NCBI GenBank assembly: GCA_019419545.1
Contig: DXZT01000050.1
Coordinates: 35,840-99,839 of the forward strand
DNA: 64,000 nt
Origin: Collinsella sp.
GTDB lineage: Bacteria; Actinomycetota; Coriobacteriia; Coriobacteriales; Coriobacteriaceae
Direction of reading: 5' to 3'
The position numbers and the translations under genes are program-made. Of this stretch, positions 60,541 to 64,000 are shown piece by piece (the stretch's first letter is position 1; every line of letters begins with the position of its first letter). The notes beneath the pieces are model-generated. The model made no database searches, was not told where the DNA came from, and saw nothing but the letters and a program-made list of their open reading frames with translations.

Positions 60541-61173
60541 GTGCCCCAAGACCATCCGACCGATAACCCCATCCTCAATGCCGCGAAACGCGAGCTGGCG
60601 GAACGCGCACAAACGGCCGTTCCCCTACGCACGGCAAACGATGCCTACGACAGGCCCGCCCGCATCGTCTCAATCAACACGTCGGCGCACAAGGGCACAC
60701 GCAAGTCGCCCGTCGCCGATGGACACGACACCGTTATAGAACAATTTGGCCTCGCCTCCGACGCACACGCCGGGCATTGGCACCGTCAGGTTTCCTTTTT
60801 GGCCGCAGAGTCCATCCAGACGGCGCAGGCCCGCGGGCTCGATGTGCGCAAGGGTGACTTTGGGGAGAATTTCACCACGCAAGGCATCAATCTACTCTCG
60901 CTCCCCATGGGCACGCAGCTCAAGCTTGGCAGCGAGGTGCTTGTCGAAATCAGCCAAATCGGCAAGGTCTGCCACACACGCTGTGCCATCTACTATCTCG
61001 CCGGCGACTGCATCTTTCCCCACGAGGGCGTTTTTGGCGTGGTGCTAAAGGGCGGAGAGGTCCATATCGGCGACGACATCCAGGTGGTCAAGCTCGGCGA
61101 CGGCACCTGCTCGTTCACCCCTGCCGAGGCCCTCGAAGAGATTGAGCGGGCTCGTCAGGAGGGCACGCTGTAG
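60541..61173 (+). CDS. MOSC domain protein
   Basis: DAHAGHWHRQVSFL, GDFGENFTT, QIGKVCHTRCAIY..GDCIFPHEG. Confidence 0.9.
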   Translation: MPQDHPTDNPILNAAKRELAERAQTAVPLRTANDAYDRPARIVSINTSAHKGTRKSPVADGHDTVIEQFGLASDAHAGHWHRQVSFLAAESIQTAQARGLDVRKGDFGENFTTQGINLLSLPMGTQLKLGSEVLVEISQIGKVCHTRCAIYYLAGDCIFPHEGVFGVVLKGGEVHIGDDIQVVKLGDGTCSFTPAEALEEIERARQEGTL

Positions 61174-61298
61174 TTGTAAAACCCCACGTTGAGATAGCTT
61201 TTACAGCCCAAAACACCTCTCAAATAGGGCTCCGTAACGTTAAAGTTGAACTCTATGGTTTCTCAACAATTCATCATAACTGCAGGTCAAAGCCAAAG

Positions 61299-61346
61299 CC
61301 TCAAGTTCAACTTGACCCTTTGGAACCTTTAAGGTTCAAGTTGAGG
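61299..61346. promoter_or_regulatory. Two CTCAAS-N5-STTGAG-type inverted repeats
   Basis: CCTCAAG-TTCAA-CTTGACC (61299-61317) and TTAAGG-TTCAA-GTTGAGG (61329-61346). Confidence 0.5.
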
Positions 61347-61407
61347 TCGAAAGCAGTAGTAGAATACCGTTCGAACCATAACCCACGATTGATTGCAGAG
61401 GGACTGG

Positions 61408-62541
61408 ATGCAGCATTCGAATCATCGCGCCGCAGCGCTCATTGCGTCGAAGCCGGCTCGTATCATCACGAGCGCCGCGCTCGCCGTTGCGCTGACGGCC
61501 ACGCCGATGCTCTCCCCCGTTGCGGCGTATGCCGCCTCTCAGGCAACGCAGGACCAGCTTTCCGCAGCCCAGCAGAAGATCGAAGCCGCCACGAGCGCCT
61601 ACAACGACGCCCGCACCAAACTCGATGACCTGCAAAAGCAGATTGACTCCAATGAGGCAAGCATCGAGGAAATCGAGGCTAAGCTTCCCGAGCAGCAGGC
61701 CAAGGCAAGCTCCGCCATGCGCGATCTGTACAAGTATCAGAAGGGCACCAACCCCATCGTGAGCTTCCTGGTCAACGCGCAGAGCCTGGGTGAGTTCATC
61801 ACGACCTGCAAATACACCAACCAGATCACGAGCTCGAGCGTCGACGAGATCGAACAGCTCAATAACATGCAAACCGAACTCGAGCAGAACAAGGCTGAGC
61901 TCCAGCAGGCCAAGTCTCAGCTTGAGGCAGAGCAGAAAAACGCCGAGGATGCGTTGGCTCAGGCCCAGCAGCTCCGCAGCGAGGCGCAGGCAAAAGCCGA
62001 GCAGGAAAATGCCGCCGAGCTTGCCAAGCTTGAGGCCGATGAGGCCGCTGCCGCCGAGAAGATCTCGGGCGAGGGCGTAAGCGGCAACAATTCCAGCAGC
62101 CAGGCCACCAACACCAACACCACCATCGACACCACGGTGAACAACGCCAATACCGGTAGCTCCGATTACGATTCGTTCATTAATGAGTGGACGAGCCGCA
62201 TCGACAATTATCTCGCCGGCTCCCCCATGGCAGGCCAGGGCTATAACTTTGCCGTCGCCGCTTGGAATACCGGTGTCGACCCCCGTTGGTCCCCCGCCAT
62301 CGCCTGCATCGAGAGCACCAAGGGTGCTTATTGCGCCAATTCTTACAACGCCTGGGGCTGGAGTGCCCGTGGCGGCGGTTGGCGCAGCTTTGGCAGCTGG
62401 AGCGAGGGCATCTCCGCTCACGTTGCCTATCTGGGCGCCAACTACGGCTCCACCCTTACCCCGGCAGCGGCCAAAAAGTACTGCCCGCCCACGTGGCAGG
62501 ACTGGTACAACAAAGTCGCCGCTCAGATGAACCGCATCTAG
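61408..62541 (+). CDS. Secreted PcsB/CwlO-like coiled-coil protein with a lysozyme-like C-terminal domain
   Basis: Signal peptide (AYA), about 190-aa coiled coil, S/T/N linker, VDPRWSPAIACIESTKG...NAWGW. Confidence 0.75.
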   Translation: MQHSNHRAAALIASKPARIITSAALAVALTATPMLSPVAAYAASQATQDQLSAAQQKIEAATSAYNDARTKLDDLQKQIDSNEASIEEIEAKLPEQQAKASSAMRDLYKYQKGTNPIVSFLVNAQSLGEFITTCKYTNQITSSSVDEIEQLNNMQTELEQNKAELQQAKSQLEAEQKNAEDALAQAQQLRSEAQAKAEQENAAELAKLEADEAAAAEKISGEGVSGNNSSSQATNTNTTIDTTVNNANTGSSDYDSFINEWTSRIDNYLAGSPMAGQGYNFAVAAWNTGVDPRWSPAIACIESTKGAYCANSYNAWGWSARGGGWRSFGSWSEGISAHVAYLGANYGSTLTPAAAKKYCPPTWQDWYNKVAAQMNRI

Positions 62542-62551
62542 GTGCAACTGC

Positions 62552-62576
62552 AAAGGGCCCCAATGGGGCCCTTTTC
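62552..62576. terminator. Bidirectional terminator
   Basis: AAAGGGCCCCA-A-TGGGGCCCTTTT between convergent genes. Confidence 0.75.
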
Positions 62577-62578
62577 TT

Positions 62579-63958
62579 TTAGGTAGCGGAGGTATCGACG
62601 ACGCCGGTCGCATTGGCAACCGCGACTATGACGATCATGCATAGGAGCAGCACACCCAATGCCTTGAGCCAAAGTTTCGCGAGTTTCTTGCCGCGATAGC
62701 TGTCGAGCAGTGCGAATCGCCGACGAAGACGGCGCTTATCGAGCAGCGCAAAATGCATAAGCACCATAAGGCCATCGACAAAGAAAAAATACTCGATTAT
62801 GAGAAACCACGTCGGGTAGCTTTGGTTTGCTCCCGTGGGGTGAAAGACGGCAAAGTGACTTCCGGCAAAGAACACAAGTAGGGAGAAGCAGACAAGCGTA
62901 TTCCAAATGCGCCCCAGAGACTCCGGAACGCGAGAGAGCGGACCGCATGCAGCGGAGGCGGCAGGCCTAGGAAGCCCTGCGGGGTTCTGGAGCCCTTGGA
63001 GCGTCAACACCGTCTCCGAGGCCGGAGTACGGACAGGCGCAGGTGTAGAAGGCCGCACGGGGCGGCTCAGATCGTATGCCGAGCGCGTCGCCCGTCCCAA
63101 CGCTTCCGCACTCGCAAAACGCTTGGCCGGGTCGAGCGCCATCGACATGCAGACGGCATCGGCAAGTGGAGTGGGAATGCCACGCGCCTCGCATTGCTCG
63201 CGCATGTCGAGCCCTGGTTTAGGGTCGACTCCCGTCAAGCAGAAGAACAACAGGGCGCCAAGTGCGTAGACGTCGCTGCGCACACTCGTCTGCCCAAACC
63301 CATACTGCTCGGGCGGCGCATAGGGTCGCGTGCCAAACTTGACGGTGTCGGCATCGGCGCCATCGCGCCATACGCGCGCGATCCCCAAGTCGATAATCAC
63401 CAGCGACGAAAACGTCAGGCCCTCATCGAGCGTACAGTTCGCACCCGTCACGATGATATTCGACGGTTTGAGGTCGCGATGGATCACCGGCGCCGACGTC
63501 TCCCCCGCCATTGCAAAACCGGCGTGGAGCTCGCCCACGGCATCGCATAGGGCAGGATACAATTCACGCGCATAATCGGGGGTGGCTCCCAGACGGTCCA
63601 CCAGCACCCCGAGCGTCTCCCCTTCGATGTATTCCATAACCACGTTGAGCTCGTCGCCCACACGACGACAATCGACGATTCTGGGCAGGTGCTCAAAACG
63701 CCTGCCTGCCCGCTGGGCGGCAAACAGACGCTCGTATGCCCCGCCGATTTGAGCCGAAGCATCGATGCGTTTACGGACAAAGGGGCCGAGCGAACCACCG
63801 CCGGTTCCTTCAAAGTACACGAGCTCGGTTGTTTCAACGGACGAGCGCTTAAGTACACGCTCCACGCGATAGCTGTCGTCGCGATCGAGCGACGCCAGAT
63901 GTTCGGCAAGCGCTGCGGTCAGCTCGTCATCGGAATATGTTGTGGTCTGAGTATCCAT
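62579..63958 (-). CDS. Hanks-type Ser/Thr kinase with C-terminal TM helices
   Basis: VMEYIEG, IHRDLKPSNII, IDLGIAR, GTRPYAPPEQ, SDVYALG; GGAGG RBS. Confidence 0.9.
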   Translation of the reverse strand: MDTQTTTYSDDELTAALAEHLASLDRDDSYRVERVLKRSSVETTELVYFEGTGGGSLGPFVRKRIDASAQIGGAYERLFAAQRAGRRFEHLPRIVDCRRVGDELNVVMEYIEGETLGVLVDRLGATPDYARELYPALCDAVGELHAGFAMAGETSAPVIHRDLKPSNIIVTGANCTLDEGLTFSSLVIIDLGIARVWRDGADADTVKFGTRPYAPPEQYGFGQTSVRSDVYALGALLFFCLTGVDPKPGLDMREQCEARGIPTPLADAVCMSMALDPAKRFASAEALGRATRSAYDLSRPVRPSTPAPVRTPASETVLTLQGLQNPAGLPRPAASAACGPLSRVPESLGRIWNTLVCFSLLVFFAGSHFAVFHPTGANQSYPTWFLIIEYFFFVDGLMVLMHFALLDKRRLRRRFALLDSYRGKKLAKLWLKALGVLLLCMIVIVAVANATGVVDTSAT

Positions 63959-64000
63959 AGCCTCCATCATAGCGCAGGGCGCAGACACCCCATGGCATCC

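Noticed and set aside
63930..63945. AATATGTTGTGG NrdR-like half site
   Set aside because: Inside the kinase CDS, single, and the left half does not match

Overview
GC-rich (~60% by eye) chromosomal window from a Coriobacteriia gut actinobacterium, most likely Collinsella (inferred from gene order and protein sequences, not from a database search). Left to right: the dcw cluster on the minus strand (mraZ-rsmH-ftsL-ftsI-murF-mraY-murD-ftsW-murG-murC-murB-ftsQ, with no murE); pyrG-xerD; a small HTH gene and a DUF1846 gene; an arginine deiminase locus with two nucleotide-identical arcA copies (arcA-arcT and arcA-arcB-arcD); ppk1 and rlmD; an internally deleted IS3 element bordering a beta-glucoside PTS/GH1/EamA islet; DJ-1, maf and a P1 peptidase; glf plus GT2; pta and two tandem ackA; a low-GC LysR-MFS islet; hit, xseBA, a Zn peptidase, rnd and a lipid kinase; a sortase-anchored C69 peptidase; a TrpP-type ECF transporter; Asp racemase plus D-Asp ligase; MOSC; a secreted coiled-coil wall hydrolase; and a Ser/Thr kinase. 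No rRNA, tRNA or CRISPR array was seen. Most of the novelty is non-coding. (1) A WWW leader-peptide attenuator controls a dedicated Trp ECF importer. (2) The dcw promoter carries stacked MraZ, NrdR-like, LexA-like and FtsR-like sites, the last shared with the wall-hydrolase promoter. (3) A structured arcD 3' region has an 11-nt seed complementary to both arcA ribosome-binding sites. (4) Both arcA promoters keep LytTR-type repeats. (5) There are two families of structured intergenic repeats whose stems covary. (6) A riboswitch-like leader precedes the EamA gene. All motif calls were made by eye and are hypotheses.
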